This document shows, in pieces, positions 1-12,105 of a stretch of 64,000 bases of DNA; the stretch's first letter is position 1; every line of letters starts with the position of its first letter. The notes beneath the pieces are model-generated. The model saw only the letters and a list, made by a program, of their open reading frames with translations. It was not told where the DNA came from and ran no database searches. The position numbers were made by a program, and so were the translations under genes. The DNA is taken from the NCBI RefSeq assembly GCF_964213995.1, contig NC_135816.1:64418001-64482000 (forward strand). Reading direction: 5' to 3'. Source of the stretch: Mustelus asterias (lineage: Eukaryota).

Positions 1-426
1 TATAAATACTAAAACAATATTTCCTGGATGGTTTCTATGCCATAGTAACATAATAACAGATCCAAGCAAGGGAAGGTCTTGGGTCCATCTATCCTTCCAA
101 TTTAGTGTTCCTATGGTGCATTTTTAACAACCCTGAATCCCATATGTTGACAAGGAACTGTCCTGTTCTTTCTTAAAATCCATGCACATTTCTTGTTCCA
201 CCACATACCAGTAATGTATTCCACATGCTGCCACTCTTCAAGAAGATAGCTCTTCCTGCAACCCCTTTTTTATGTTGTCCTTAATTTGTATATGTGACCT
301 TGTGCTTTATTCCTGTGCAGACAGATAGGTTATTTGGTTCAGGTGGCACAGTGGTTAGCACTGCTGCCTCTACTGATGACCATGAAGCCATTGTCGATTG
401 TCATATAAACCCATCATTCTTTATTG

Positions 427-700
427 GGGAGCGGCATGGTGGTTCAGTTGTTAGCACTGCTGCCTCACTGTGCCAGGGACCCGGGTTCGATTCCGGGCTT
501 GGGTCACTGTCTGCATGTTCTCCCTGTGTCTACATGGGTCCCCTCCCACAGTCTGAAAGACGTACTGGTTAGGTGCATTGTCTATGCTAAATTCTTCCTC
601 AGTGTACCTAAGCAAGTGTTGAAGTGTGGCGGCTAGGGGATTTTCACAGTAACTTCACTGAAGTGTTAATGTAAGCCTACTTGTGACACAATAAATAAAT
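427..700 (+). mobile_element. tRNA-derived shark SINE, tail type A (also about 6092-6400, 9918-10228, 18893-19162, 21521-21715, 26883-27172, and minus 58167-58436)
   Basis: Pol III A/B-box head GGTGGCACAGTGGTTAGCACTGCTG..GGGTTCGATTCC, conserved core, tail ..GTAAGCCTACTTGTGACACTAATAAATAAAC. Confidence 0.88.
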
Positions 701-990
701 GTTTCTTTGACTGTATTGAAGTACCTCAGAGTGCAACATGATGTATGTAGAGAACACGAATATTATTGCACTTTGTGTGATGGCCATTTTGAAATGTTTG
801 TAGTATTCTTGTAGATATTTTACTACTAAAGTATATTTTTTGCAAAAATAAGATAGTAGAGGTAGTAGAGGAGTCCCCTGAGAGAATCTTGCTCTCTAAT
901 TGATATTAACATCTGCATTTTTAATTTAAAAGGTAGCTGTTGATAATTAATGTGTAAGAGATTTCAAATAAACTTATTTATTTCACTTAC

Positions 991-1308
991 CACCAATACT
1001 GATCACTTTTCTGATGGGAGAAGACAGGGCTTTATGTGAAACAACACAGGTGTAACGAAGCCCACTGACCCACTGAAAGGTTGATACTGCCAGTTCACTG
1101 ATAGTGGTGTAACTGTCTTCAGATTCCATCAGTACGCCCGAAGTAGAAATCCCCGAAGATAGCTGGGTGCTGGCAATGTACCAAGACACAGAGATAGCTT
1201 CTGGGTAGAAATTGCTCACCACACAAACAAGTTTGCTGTCAGTTTGCTGGGACACCTTCTCAGGAGATGGATGTAAGAGATAAACTGAAGGCGCTCTAGG
1301 CATGGTGG
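991..1308 (-). CDS. IgSF gene A, C1-set constant domain exon
   Basis: 318-bp phase 1/1 exon (ctcag|CC...G|gtaagt). Translation ATMPRAPSVYLLHPS..LVCVVSNFYPEAISVSW..YTCVVSHKAL has the C1-set CxxxxFYPxxIxVxW and YxCxVxH motifs. Downstream exons lie off the left edge. Confidence 0.93.
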
Positions 1309-1667
1309 CTGAGGTCAGAAGATAAGGAATAATTAGCTGAATTTCCTGCTATTGTAACACTAACAATGTGCAAGCTTATATCATTTTGTGTGTGTAGCTT
1401 TGCTATATTTTGCCAATCCATTTTCTAACCCTACTTTAGCCACAGCTTTAAAATTAAGTCTAATTTGGTCCTTGTTCTGTTGATCGGTGTCTTTATTTAA
1501 TTCTTGTAACTTTTGTATGCACACTTCAGATGTTGATGCTTTTGATGATAATACCTGACTGTGTATTAATGTCTATATTTGGCCATTGAATTCGAGTGCA
1601 GAAGGAGGACACTCAACCCTGGATGCTCTCTGGAAGAGCTTTACACCATTGCCTCACAAAATGACAG

Positions 1668-2985
1668 AATTGTTACGGCACGGAAGGAGACCATATGGCC
1701 CCTTGTGTCTGCACTGGCTCTCCAAACAGGCATTGTGAATTGATGCCATTCCCCTGCCTTTTCCCTGTGCCCTGCATATCGCTTCTATTCAAATAATCAT
1801 CTACTGCCCTCTTGAATGTCTCAATTGAACCTGTCTCCACCACAATTCTAGGTAGTGAATTCCAGACTCAAACCATTTGCTATATGAAAAACTTTTTTCT
1901 TCTTTTGCAAATTTCTTCTTTTTGCAAATCTCTTTAAATCTGTGCTCTCTCATTCTTGATCCTTTTTATGAATGGGAACAGTTTCTCCATATCTACTCTG
2001 CCCAACCCTATCATGATTTTTAACATCTCTATCAAATGTCCTCTTAGCCTTCGCTCCAAGGAGTACAGTCCCAACTTCTCCAGTCTATCCTCATAACTGA
2101 GGTTTTTCATCCCTGGAACTATTCTTGTAAACCACTTCTGCACTCTCTCCAATGTGTTCACCTCCTTTCTGTAATGTGGTGTACAGAACTATACACAATA
2201 TTCCAGCTGAGGTCTAACTAGTATTTTGTATAAATTCAGCATAACCTTCTTGCTCTTGTACTTTATGACCCTATTAATAAAGCCCAGAATACTATATGTT
2301 TTATTAACTGCTCTCTCCATCTGTCCTGCCATCTTCAATGATCTATTCACATAAATACCCAGGTCTTTGGGGAGGCGATGGCCTAGTGGTATTATCGTTA
2401 GACTATTAATCCAGAAACTCAGTTAATGTTTTGGGGACCTGGGTTTGAATCCTGCCATGTCAGATGGTGGAATTTGAATACAATAAAGAACAATCTGGCA
2501 TTAAGAATCTACTGATGACCATGAAACCATTGTCAATTCTCGAAAGAACCTATCTGGTTCACTAATGTCCTTTAGGGAAGGAAATCTTCAGTCCTTACCT
2601 GGTCTGGCCTGCATGTGACTCCAGAGCCACAGCAATGCGGTTGACTCTCAACTGCCCTCCAAGGGCAATGAGGGATGGGCAATAAATGCTGGCCAGCCAG
2701 CAAAGCCTATGTCCCACAAGTGCAGAATAAAAAAGGCCCCTCTTCTCCTGCACCTCTTTTAGAATTTTACCCCTTATTTAATTTTGTCTCCCCAAGTTCT
2801 TCCATGCATCACTTCACGCTTCTCTGCATTGAACTTCATCTGCCACCTATCTGCCCACTTCACCGACTTGTCTGTGTCCTTTTAAAGTCCTACATGGTCC
2901 TCCTCACAGTTCACAATACTTCTGGTTTTATATCATGGGTAAACTATGAAATTGTCTCCTGCACACCAAGATCTAGACCATTAAT
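1668..2985 (-). mobile_element. CR1 LINE 3' fragment interrupted by a SINE at about 2368-2735
   Basis: LERVQKWFTRIVPGMKNLSYEDRLEKLGLYSLERR, the CR1 ORF2 C-terminus. Confidence 0.85.
2368..2735 (+). mobile_element. Second tRNA-like SINE family (also about 9773-10390, and 23490-24695 split by CR1)
   Basis: TGGCCTAGTGGTATTATC..GGGTTTGAATCC head; tail GGGCAATAAATGCTGGCC shared with LINE ends at about 52895 and 61540. Confidence 0.7.
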
Positions 2986-3395
2986 ATGTCCCATATAAAA
3001 CACAACTAAGTCGCTGGTTGAAAAGACCAAGCTACAACAATAACAAGAACACATCTGGACCAATACAGCATCCAATAAAGATTGGATGTGTAGAATTGAT
3101 TACTCTTCCAGAGTGAATTGCTTCAATTGCTTCTTAGACCATCGAAGGCTGAGCAATAACTATTCCGTGATTCGGTTTATAACTAACTGTTGCAGGTTGC
3201 TGGAGTCAGTCGGGGGAGCTGCCACATTGCGAGCTGCTGACAGTGAATAGATAAGCTCAACAATCAAATTCCCCCTTGGCTGTTTGGAGAGAGTTAACAC
3301 ACCCTTACAGATAGCACACGAGGAAACTCCTCCCCGGGGTGTGGGGTTAACATTTGAGATCAGTCACTATTTCCCCCTAATGAATCTCCACTTAC

Positions 3396-3755
3396 CTGCT
3401 TTCACTTTCAGGATCATTGCACAGCCGCACCAGTCAGTCTCTTTGCTAACCTCACTCTGGCAGTAATAACTGGTTGAATCCGTCTGTTTCAAGTTGTCGA
3501 TTTTTAAGGTTAAGTTGCTCTCGTTGGTTCCGGAGAAACGGGTCTCGATCCCTGCCATTCGAGTGAAATGTGTAGATCCCGGCCTCAAGAACACCAGCCA
3601 TTTGATTTGTGTAGAGTTAGCGGGTACATAACCCCATCGCATCAGGCTATCATTCTCCTTTCTGCTGCTTATACATCCCAGTCTCACCGTCTCTCCCTCT
3701 CGACTGTTCACAATTGCCTGCTCAATTCTCAAATTAGCGTTAGATAACACCGCAT
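3396..3755 (-). CDS. IgSF gene A, germline-joined VJ-type domain exon
   Basis: 360-bp phase 1/1 exon (tacag|AT...G|gtaag). Has VRLGC, WGY, RFSG, LTLKIDNLKQTDSTSYYC and a J-like end WCGCAMILKVK in the same exon. Confidence 0.93.
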
Positions 3756-3859
3756 CTGTAAAGAAAGGCAGACAGAAATATTCAAGTGAACGCAAATGGG
3801 GGACAAGCGGAGGAAAGAAGTATTTTTTTGGGGTGGGGGGCAGTAGGGTTGTTGCTTAC

Positions 3860-3905
3860 CCATCTGCAGGGTGAGCAGGAGAAAGGTGCAGATCATCCCC
3901 TGCAT
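3860..3905 (-). CDS. IgSF gene A, leader (signal peptide) exon
   Basis: ATG at 3905, MQGMICTFLLLTLQM then G|gtaagc phase 1 donor; homologous to leader of gene B. Confidence 0.88.
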
Positions 3906-4050
3906 TTCCAGCTCGGTTACCCCAGTTCAGTGCTTAGCCTGACACCGCCTGACTGGGAAATTCAAGTGAGGTTCTGTGGCTCAATAGAGGGTGACTCTTG
4001 AATTTCCTTTCTGCTACATCAGCATGAATGGTTCTGCTTTCCGGCCATAC

Positions 4051-6060
4051 CATACAGGAGCAGAAGTAGACCATTCAGCCCATCGAGTCTGCTCTGCTAT
4101 TTAATGAGATCATGACTGATTTGATATGATAATCCTCAACTCCATTTTCCCACCGTATCCCCATAACTCTTGATTCCCTTACTGATTAAATATCTGTCCA
4201 TCTCAGCCTTGAACATACTTAATGACCCAGCCTCTACAACCCTCGGCGGTAAAGAATTCCACAGATTCATTACCCTCTGAGAGACCATAAGAGGTAGGAG
4301 CAGAATTAGGCCATTTGGCCCATGGAGTCTGCTCCACCATTCAATCATGGCTGATATGATTCTCATGCCCATTCTCCTGCCTTCTCCCCGTAACCCTTGA
4401 TCCCCTTATTGATCAAGAACCTATCTATCTCTGTCTTAAAGACACTCGATGACCTGGCCTCCACAGCCCTCTGTGGCAATGAGTTCCACAGATTCATCAC
4501 GCTCTGGCTGAAGAAATTCCTCCTCATCTCAGTTTTAAAGGAACGTCCCTTCACTCTGAGGTTGTGTCCTTGAGGTCTCGTCTCTCCCACTAGTGAAAAC
4601 ATCCTCTCCATGCCCGCTCTATCTAGGCCTCTCAGTATTCTGTAAGTTTCAGTTAGATTCCCCTTTTTCCTTCTAAGCTCCATCAAGAGAAGAAATTCCT
4701 CCTCATTCAGGGTGACCCCTTAATCTGTGCTTATGCCCTCTGGTTCTAGACTCTCCCACAGCAGAAAATAACCTCTCAGTATCTACCTTGTCAAACCTCC
4801 TGAGAATCATAGATATCTCAATAGGGTCGCCACTCATTCTTCTAAATTCCAATGAGTCCAGGCCCAACCTACTTCACCTCTCCTTGCAACATAAGCACTC
4901 TGTACCCAGAATCAACCTCTGAACTGCCTCCAATGCCAGTGTATCTTTCCTTAGATAAGGGAACCAAAACTGTTCACAGTATTACATGTGTGGTCTAACT
5001 AGTGCCTTGTGCAGTTTTAGCAAAGCTTCCTTGTTTTTATGCTCCATTCCTTTTGAAATAACGGCCAGCATTCCATTTGTCTTCCCTATTACCTGCTGAA
5101 CTTGCATGCTAGCTTTTTGTGATTTATTCATGAGGACCCTCAAATCTTTCTGTGCTGCAGCTTTCTGCAGCCTCTCTCTATTTAAATAATATTCAGCTCC
5201 TTTATTCTTCCTACCAAAGTGCATGATTTCACATTTTCCTTCATTATATTTCATCTGCCAAGTATTTGCCCACTCACTTAACCTGTCTATATCCCTCTGC
5301 AGATTCTTTGTGTCATCCTCATCACTTGCCTTCTCACCTATTTTTGTGTCATCTGCAAACTTCACAATAATACATTCACTTCCCTTATCCAAGTCATTAA
5401 TATATTTTGTAAATGAATGTGGCCCCAGCACTGATTCCTGTGGCACTCCACCAGTTACAGGTCACCATCTTGAAAATACCCCTCTTATCCTAACCATCTG
5501 CTTCCATTTGTTAGGCAATACTCAATCCATGATAATATACTACCCTCAACACCATGGGTTCTTATCTTATTAAGTAGCCTTTTGTGCAGTACCTTTGCGA
5601 ACACCTTTTGGAAATCCAGGTATATTACATCTACTGGTTCCACTTTATCTTTCTTGCTCATTACCATCTCAAAGAATTCTAATAATTTTGTCAGACATGA
5701 TTTCTCCTTCATGAGTCCATGCTGACTCTGCTTGGTTATATTATGTATTTCTAAATGCTCTGCACAAATGATGTCCTTTGTAATGGACTCTTAACATTTT
5801 CCCATAGACAAACGTTAATAGATCCTGTTTTTGTTTCCCTCCCTTTGTGAATAAGGATGTTACCTTGGCAGCTTTCCAATCCTTGGGACTTTTCCAGAAT
5901 TTAAAGATTCTTGCAAGATTACAACAAGTGCATCCACTATCTCTGTAGTTACATCCTTTAATATCTTAGGATGCAAACTATCAGGTCCTGGGGACTTATT
6001 GGCCTTTAGTCCCATTAGTTTCCTTCATACTTTTTCTCTAGTGATAGTATTGAATTTATT
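4051..6060 (-). mobile_element. Nested CR1 LINE fragments
   Basis: PQESVLGP..KFADDTK RT motifs; a second CR1 3' end is nested at about 4285-4683. Confidence 0.88.
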
Positions 6061-7779
6061 TCCTCTTCCCCCCCACTTTTACACCTTGACTAGGGCAGCA
6101 CGGTGGCACAGTGGTTAACACTGCTGTCTCACAACATCAAGGACCCAGGTTTGATTCCCAGCTTGAGTCACTGTGCGGAGTTTGCATGTCCTCCACGTGT
6201 CTGCATGGGTTTCCTCCGGGTGTTCCGGTTTCCTCCCACAGTCCGAAAGACGTGCTGGTTACGTGCATTGGCCATGCTAAATGCTCCCTCAGTGTACCTG
6301 AACAGACACTGGAGCGTGGCGACAAGGGGATTTTCACAGTAACTTCATTGCAATGTTAATGTAAGTCTACTTGTAATACTAATACACAAACTTAAAACTT
6401 TAACTGGTAACCTACTGAACTCTTACCAATGAGCTGGAAGGTTCCAGGCTCACACTTCACTCCACGAAAAATGTCTACACTGACATTCAGTGCAGGACTG
6501 AAGGAAAGAAAAGTGAAGTCTTGCCAAGTTAGAAAAAGGTCTGACACGTCCCTGACAATTTCAGATAAGAAGCTAACTGCTGCAGCAGTGGTTATGGAGT
6601 TAAATGTGGTGGAAGGGAGGTAGTGGTGTTTCTTAGGATACATGTAGAAGTTAATCCCAATACATGCAGGTTATATTACTGAGAGGAAGCATCTAGATGA
6701 GGAATAGGAGAAGGACAAGTAGGGGACTTCAATATGGACAAGAAGGTTTAATGAGTCATGTGCACAATCCCAAAGAATGTCCTTGGTAATTTGGTAGTGC
6801 AGACAGGGTAGATATTAGACTGAAGTGATTTAAACAAGGCATGATTGGAAAGAGGAGCACAGCATTTGGTAATGATATTGCAGTTGAGGGCATTACAAAC
6901 CTAAGAACTCACGACCCAGTGAAAGAATGTTTTTCTTCTCATTCCCGTCCTAAATGGAAGACACCTTAAGTTTAAAATATGTTTAATCTCTCCCACAAGA
7001 GGAAACATTCTTTCATCATCATATTGGAGAAATAAAGATTAGAAGTTAGAAACTTATTAGTGAGTGGTTGGTAGTGGGCTTCATGAGGAAGGGGAGATGG
7101 GACAGTTTTGAAGGGTAGGGAGAACAGAGACAAAAAAAAAGCTTTTGACAATGTACGCAAGCAATTTACCAAGAGGAGGTAGCTAAACATGTGCAAGTAA
7201 GGATTCTTAAAATAAGGCTTAACTAGCTTTCGAGATGTATTGCAGAACAAAAGCACACTAAATTCCTAGTTCAGTGACTGTTTATTGTGCTCAAAAAAAG
7301 GTTAACATATAAAAAGATTTCCAATATGTTGGGAGCTCATCTCCAAGCTGGAGTGTCCCAAGCCGTGGCACTCCTGTTGATTGATTCACTCAAATAAGTG
7401 AGACACAAGTGAGCTTACTATCCAAACCACAAATTGCATCTTCAGTGTCTTGGGGCATCCTGAACTCAGGGGATTCCATGCTATCCGTTCTGTCTTCATC
7501 AATCCGTAGTAGTTAGTACTGGTTCCCAAGTTACCTATTGGGCCACTCTCAGTGGCTCCTTCACCATGTTTCTGACTGCATCCTCCTGGCCCTAGCCCAC
7601 AAGTCTGCCAAAGAAACCACTTCCTCACTCACAGATCATGGGGAACCTTGCACTCTCCACCATCGGCACCAACTGTTGGTGTGGACCTGGTTAACAGGCA
7701 CCATAACAACCACTGGGCCCAGTGCAAGTTGGGGAGAGAGCACAACCTCCCCACTACACATTGTGCCAGGATTTCTGAT

Positions 7780-8250
7780 TGTAACTGACTTCTGTAAACC
7801 TGAGATCATCCAAAATTCTACTGCTCATGACCTAACTCACACTAAATCCCATTCACCTATCACCCCTGTACTTGCTGACTGACATTGCTTCCCAGTCAAG
7901 CAACTCAAATTTAAAATTCTCATCCTTGTTTTCAAATCCCTCCGTGGCCTTGCCCAGGAGTATCTCTGTAATCTCCTCCAGACCCACAACCCTCCTTGGT
8001 GTTTGCGTTCATCTAATGCAGGCCTCTTGATTTTAATCACTCCATCGCCACAGGTAGCTATGTTTTTAGTTGTCCAACCTCTATCCTCTTCAACTTTATT
8101 TCCTCCTCCTCGATGATTCTTAAATGTTATCTCAGTGATGAGCATTTTACCTTGTGCCCTAAGATTGCCTTAGGTGGCTTATTGTCAAATGTTATTTTAT
8201 ATTGCTCCTGTGAAGCACTTTATTCTGCTAAAGGTAACTATACAATGTTG
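7780..8250 (+). mobile_element. L2-like LINE 3' fragment
   Basis: Degenerate SPITPVLAD..HCFPV, resembling the L2 HITPVL..LHWLP motif. Confidence 0.6.
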
Positions 8251-9069
8251 TTAGATCACACCCAGTCTAACATAAATCATGTTCTCCGTAAATAAACAAA
8301 GTTATGCTTTGTTAATGCAGTTGTGGCAATCTATATGTTTAAAGTAAATGTTTAAAAGTATTAGTCTGATATCTTTTGGAACAATTTCCTGCAATCACTC
8401 AACAGAATTTATTTATGACAGATGCCCAGTAAGTTAATTCACAGCTGAAAGCTTTGGAATAACATGGAATATCTAACACTGAAAAATGTGAAAACTCCTT
8501 ACACGACATATCCAGACACTGACTCTCGTATTCTATTAATGGCTCAGTATTGCAAGGAACTGGTTATCTTTCCCTTTCGGTTAGTGAATAGTTTCGCCAA
8601 TTCGGCAAAACTACTGAAGTTAAAAATAATCTTCTCCCGCAGACAGTGCCAGAACTTTCCTGGGAATTCACTTAAGTGTGGATCACTCTTTCTCTGGAGA
8701 CCTTGCCAAACTCAAATTGTCTTCCCATTATCCTGCTCTTGCAATGTACTTGAAGTAATTCTCCACATTCACCTTTTTCACTTTAACAAGGTCGGCTGCC
8801 GCCTTTCGAGGTCGACAAGTCCAAATGTCTCTAGTTCTCTTGCTGCTAACGAGATCTTTCTGACAGCAGGAAGCAGTTTGTGGGAAAGGGTGGAGATCAG
8901 AAGGACTCTGCCCAGTGTCGACTGCAGATTTAGAGGCAATCTTCACAACTTCTAACTCGCAAAGCTCATAAAAGCAAAAGAAGAAGGAAATACATGACCC
9001 AAATCCTCCTCTGGGGAACAAAACTGCACTTGAGCTTTTCACCGGCGTGTACTGGAAGCAGCGACCCAG

Positions 9070-9121
9070 ATGAAAATGCAAGGGATGTTTTGGTCGTTTT
9101 TTCTGATTGTCCTCCAGACGG
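9070..9121 (+). CDS. IgSF gene B, leader exon
   Basis: MKMQGMFWSFFLIVLQT then G|gtaaag. The second ATG at 9076 aligns with the gene A start. Confidence 0.88.
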
Positions 9122-9215
9122 GTAAAGAGCCAAGCTTCCTACATTGTCTTCATCTTCACATTGTCCTCACTGGAATTCTCCTCAACATTTCCCATCTCTT
9201 TTTTTTCCATTTCAG

Positions 9216-9560
9216 ATCCACTTTTCTCCCACACTACTCTACACATATCATCCACCACTGTGTCCAGTCAGGAGGGAGCATCGGTGACACTCCAGTGTCG
9301 AACCAGCCAGGACAACCTCCTTACCAAGTGGGGTTATGTGCCGCCTGGCTCCACCGAGATCAAGTGGCTCGTGTCCTGGAGGCCGGGATCTAACAATTTT
9401 ACTCGAATGCCGGGGATCGAACCCCGTTTTTCCGGATCCGGTGAGAACACTTTAAAAATCGACAACGTGAAACAGGAGGATTCGGCCAGATACTATTGTC
9501 AAAATGAGAAAGAAGCTGACGACTGGTGTGGCTGTGGAACTACACTGAAGGTGAAACCAA
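9216..9560 (+). CDS. IgSF gene B, germline-joined VJ-type domain exon
   Basis: 345-bp phase 1/1 exon (ttcag|AT...A|gtaagt). Has VTLQC, WGY, RFSGSG, LKIDNVKQEDSARYYC, and WCGCGTTLKVK. Confidence 0.94.
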
Positions 9561-10611
9561 GTAAGTGATAGGAAATATTTAGCCAAGTGGGAGGACTTAA
9601 TCTGGCTGCCAAATGAACTGAATCCCTCGCCACCCCTCCGCCATAGCTAAGAAAGAACCTACTTGTTGAGGAGCAATGATCTAGAGGTCACCAAAAGAGG
9701 ATTATTCCCTCTTCAATGTCCTACAAGCATTTCAAATATAATCGGCTCCACAGAGTGTAATGGGGATCATTAAGCAGTGGTGTAGTGGTATTATCACTGG
9801 GCTAGTAATCCACGGACACGGTAAATGGTGGAGGTTTGAATTCAATAAAAATATGGAATTAAGAATCTACTGATGACCATGAAGCCATTGTCAATTGTCA
9901 TACAAACCCATCCTTCTGGGTGGCATGGTGTCACAGTGGTTAGCATTGCTGCCTCAGTGCCAGGGACTTGGGTTCGATTCCTGACTTGGATGATTGTCTG
10001 TGCGGAGTCTGCACATTCTCCCCGTGTCTGTGTGGGTTTCCTCCGGGTGCTCCAGTTACCTCCCACAGTCTGAAAGACATGCTGGTTTGGTGCATTGGCC
10101 ATGCTAAATTCTCCCTCAGTGTACCCGAACAGGTGCTGGAGTGTGGCGATTCGGGGATTTTCACAGGAGCTTCATTGTGGTGTTAATGTAAGCCTACTTG
10201 TGACACTAATAAATAAACTTTAAAGCTTTAAGGAAAGAAATCTGCTGTCCTTACCTGGTCTGGCCTACATGTGACTCCAAACTCAGCAATGTGGTTGTTT
10301 CTTAACGGCACTCTGAAATGGCAATTCGGGACGGACAACAAATGCTGGCACTTGCCAGTCATGTCCAAATCCCATCAAAGAATTTAAAAAAATAATATTG
10401 GTGATTGTACTGGCATAAGGTATTTCTCTTTTATTGTGGTAATGGGGATGTCTTGGTGTTTTTCTTATGGACAATTTGGAATTAATTTATATGGAACAAA
10501 GTCAGTAATATCCACCTGATACAGATGGACTGGGGGAGTGTCAATTGGGTGAAACTGGTACAGGTGGAACGGGATGGAGTCAATGATGTAGATAAATCTG
10601 AACAAAAGTTT

Positions 10612-11355
10612 TAGGAACTCTAGGCCATTCAGCCCCTTGAGCCTATTCAGTAAGATCATGGCTGATCTAATTATGGCTCCAACTCCACATTCCTCACCAT
10701 CCCCCATAACCCTTGACCCCATTGTAGATCAAAAACCTATCTAACACAGATTTGATTAGATTCAATGTCCTTTGCCTCCACCACTCTTGAGGAAGAGAGT
10801 TCCAAATACTCACAACCCTCTGAGAGAAAAAAGTTCTCATCCCTGTCTTAAATGGGAGACCTCTTATTTTTAATTGTGTCCCCTAGTTCTGGTCTCTCCA
10901 ATAAGAGGAATGATCTTCCCAGTATCCACTCTGTCGGGACCCTTCAGGATTTTACATATTTCAGGAAGATCACTTCTCAATCTTCTAAATTCCAATGCCC
11001 AGCCTTTCCACCCTTTCCTGTGAAGGTAACTTCCCCCATCCCAGGAATCAGTCAAGTGAACCTTCTCTGAGTTGTCTCTAATACAAGTTTGTCCTTCCTT
11101 AAATAAGGAGACTAAAACTGTACATCGTAATCTAGATGTGGTTTCACCAACACCCTGTACAACTGGAGCAAAACATTCCTCCTTTAATATTCCATTCCCC
11201 TTGCGGTAAACAAAATCAATCCATTTGCTTTCCTAATCATTTGCTGTACCTGCATGCTAACTTTCTGTTGTTCATGTACCAGGAGACCCAGATCCCTCTG
11301 CACAGCAATTTCTCTCCATTTAAGGAACATACCAATTTTTAATTCTTCCTGCCAA
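10612..11355 (-). mobile_element. CR1 3' fragment
   Basis: Degenerate ORF2 C-terminus and CR1 3' stem-loop. Confidence 0.8.
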
Positions 11356-11449
11356 ATATTGGGCATGACAATGGGGTGAAGCTGGTACAGATGGATCAGG
11401 GGCAGGGCCAATGCGTTGAGGCTGGCACAGATGGATCAGGGGCAGAGCC

Positions 11450-12012
11450 ATAGAGTCATAGAGTCATAGAGGTTTACAGCATGGAAACAGGCCCTTCGGC
11501 CCAACTTGTCCATGCCGCCCTTTTTTTTGAAATCCCTAAGCTAATCCCAATTGCCTGCATTTGGCCCATATCCCTCTATACCCATCGTACCCCCCATGTA
11601 ACTATCTAAATGCTTTTAAAAAGATAAAATTGTACCCGCCTCTACTACTACCTCTGGCAGCTTGTTCCAGACACTCACCATCCTCTGTGTGAAAAAATTG
11701 CCCCTCTGGACACTTTTGTATCACTCTCCTCTCACCTTAAACCTATGCCCTCTAGTTTTAGACTCCCCTACCTTTGGGAAAAGATATTGACTATCTAGCT
11801 TGTCTATGCCCCTCATTATTTTGTAGACCCCTCAGCCTCCTACGCTCCAGAGAAAAAAGTCCCAGTCTATTCAGCCTCTCCTTATAACTCAATCCATCAA
11901 GTCCCGGTAGCATCCTAGTAAATCTTTTCTGCACTCTTTTTAGTTTAATAATATCCTTTCTATAATAGGGTGACCAGAACTGTACACAGTATTCCAAGTG
12001 TGGCCTTACCAA
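11450..12012 (-). mobile_element. CR1 3' fragment inserted into the minisatellite
   Basis: (CATAGAGT)n tail; [14 protein letters not shown]. Confidence 0.85.
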
Positions 12013-12105
12013 TTCCTGAAGAAGGAGCTCAAGGCTCCGAAAGCTTGTGGCTTTTGTTACCAAATAAACCTGGTGGACTTTAACCTGGTGTTGTTAAACT
12101 TCTTA
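12013..12105 (+). mobile_element. Penelope pLTR fragment with hammerhead-like core
   Basis: Nearly identical to 46559-46650; CTGAAGA-AGGAGC..GCTCC-GAAAGCTT. Confidence 0.8.

Noticed and set aside
6107-6113. CACAGTG heptamers near the Ig-like genes as RSS
   Set aside because: They are part of the SINE head (GGCACAGTGGTT), lack a 12/23-spaced nonamer and do not abut V or J coding ends.
6092-6165. tRNA genes
   Set aside because: tRNA-like SINE heads continuing into SINE core and tail.
8464-9081. ORFs of 163 and 117 aa upstream of gene B
   Set aside because: No recognisable domain or splice context; probably promoter-region chance ORFs.
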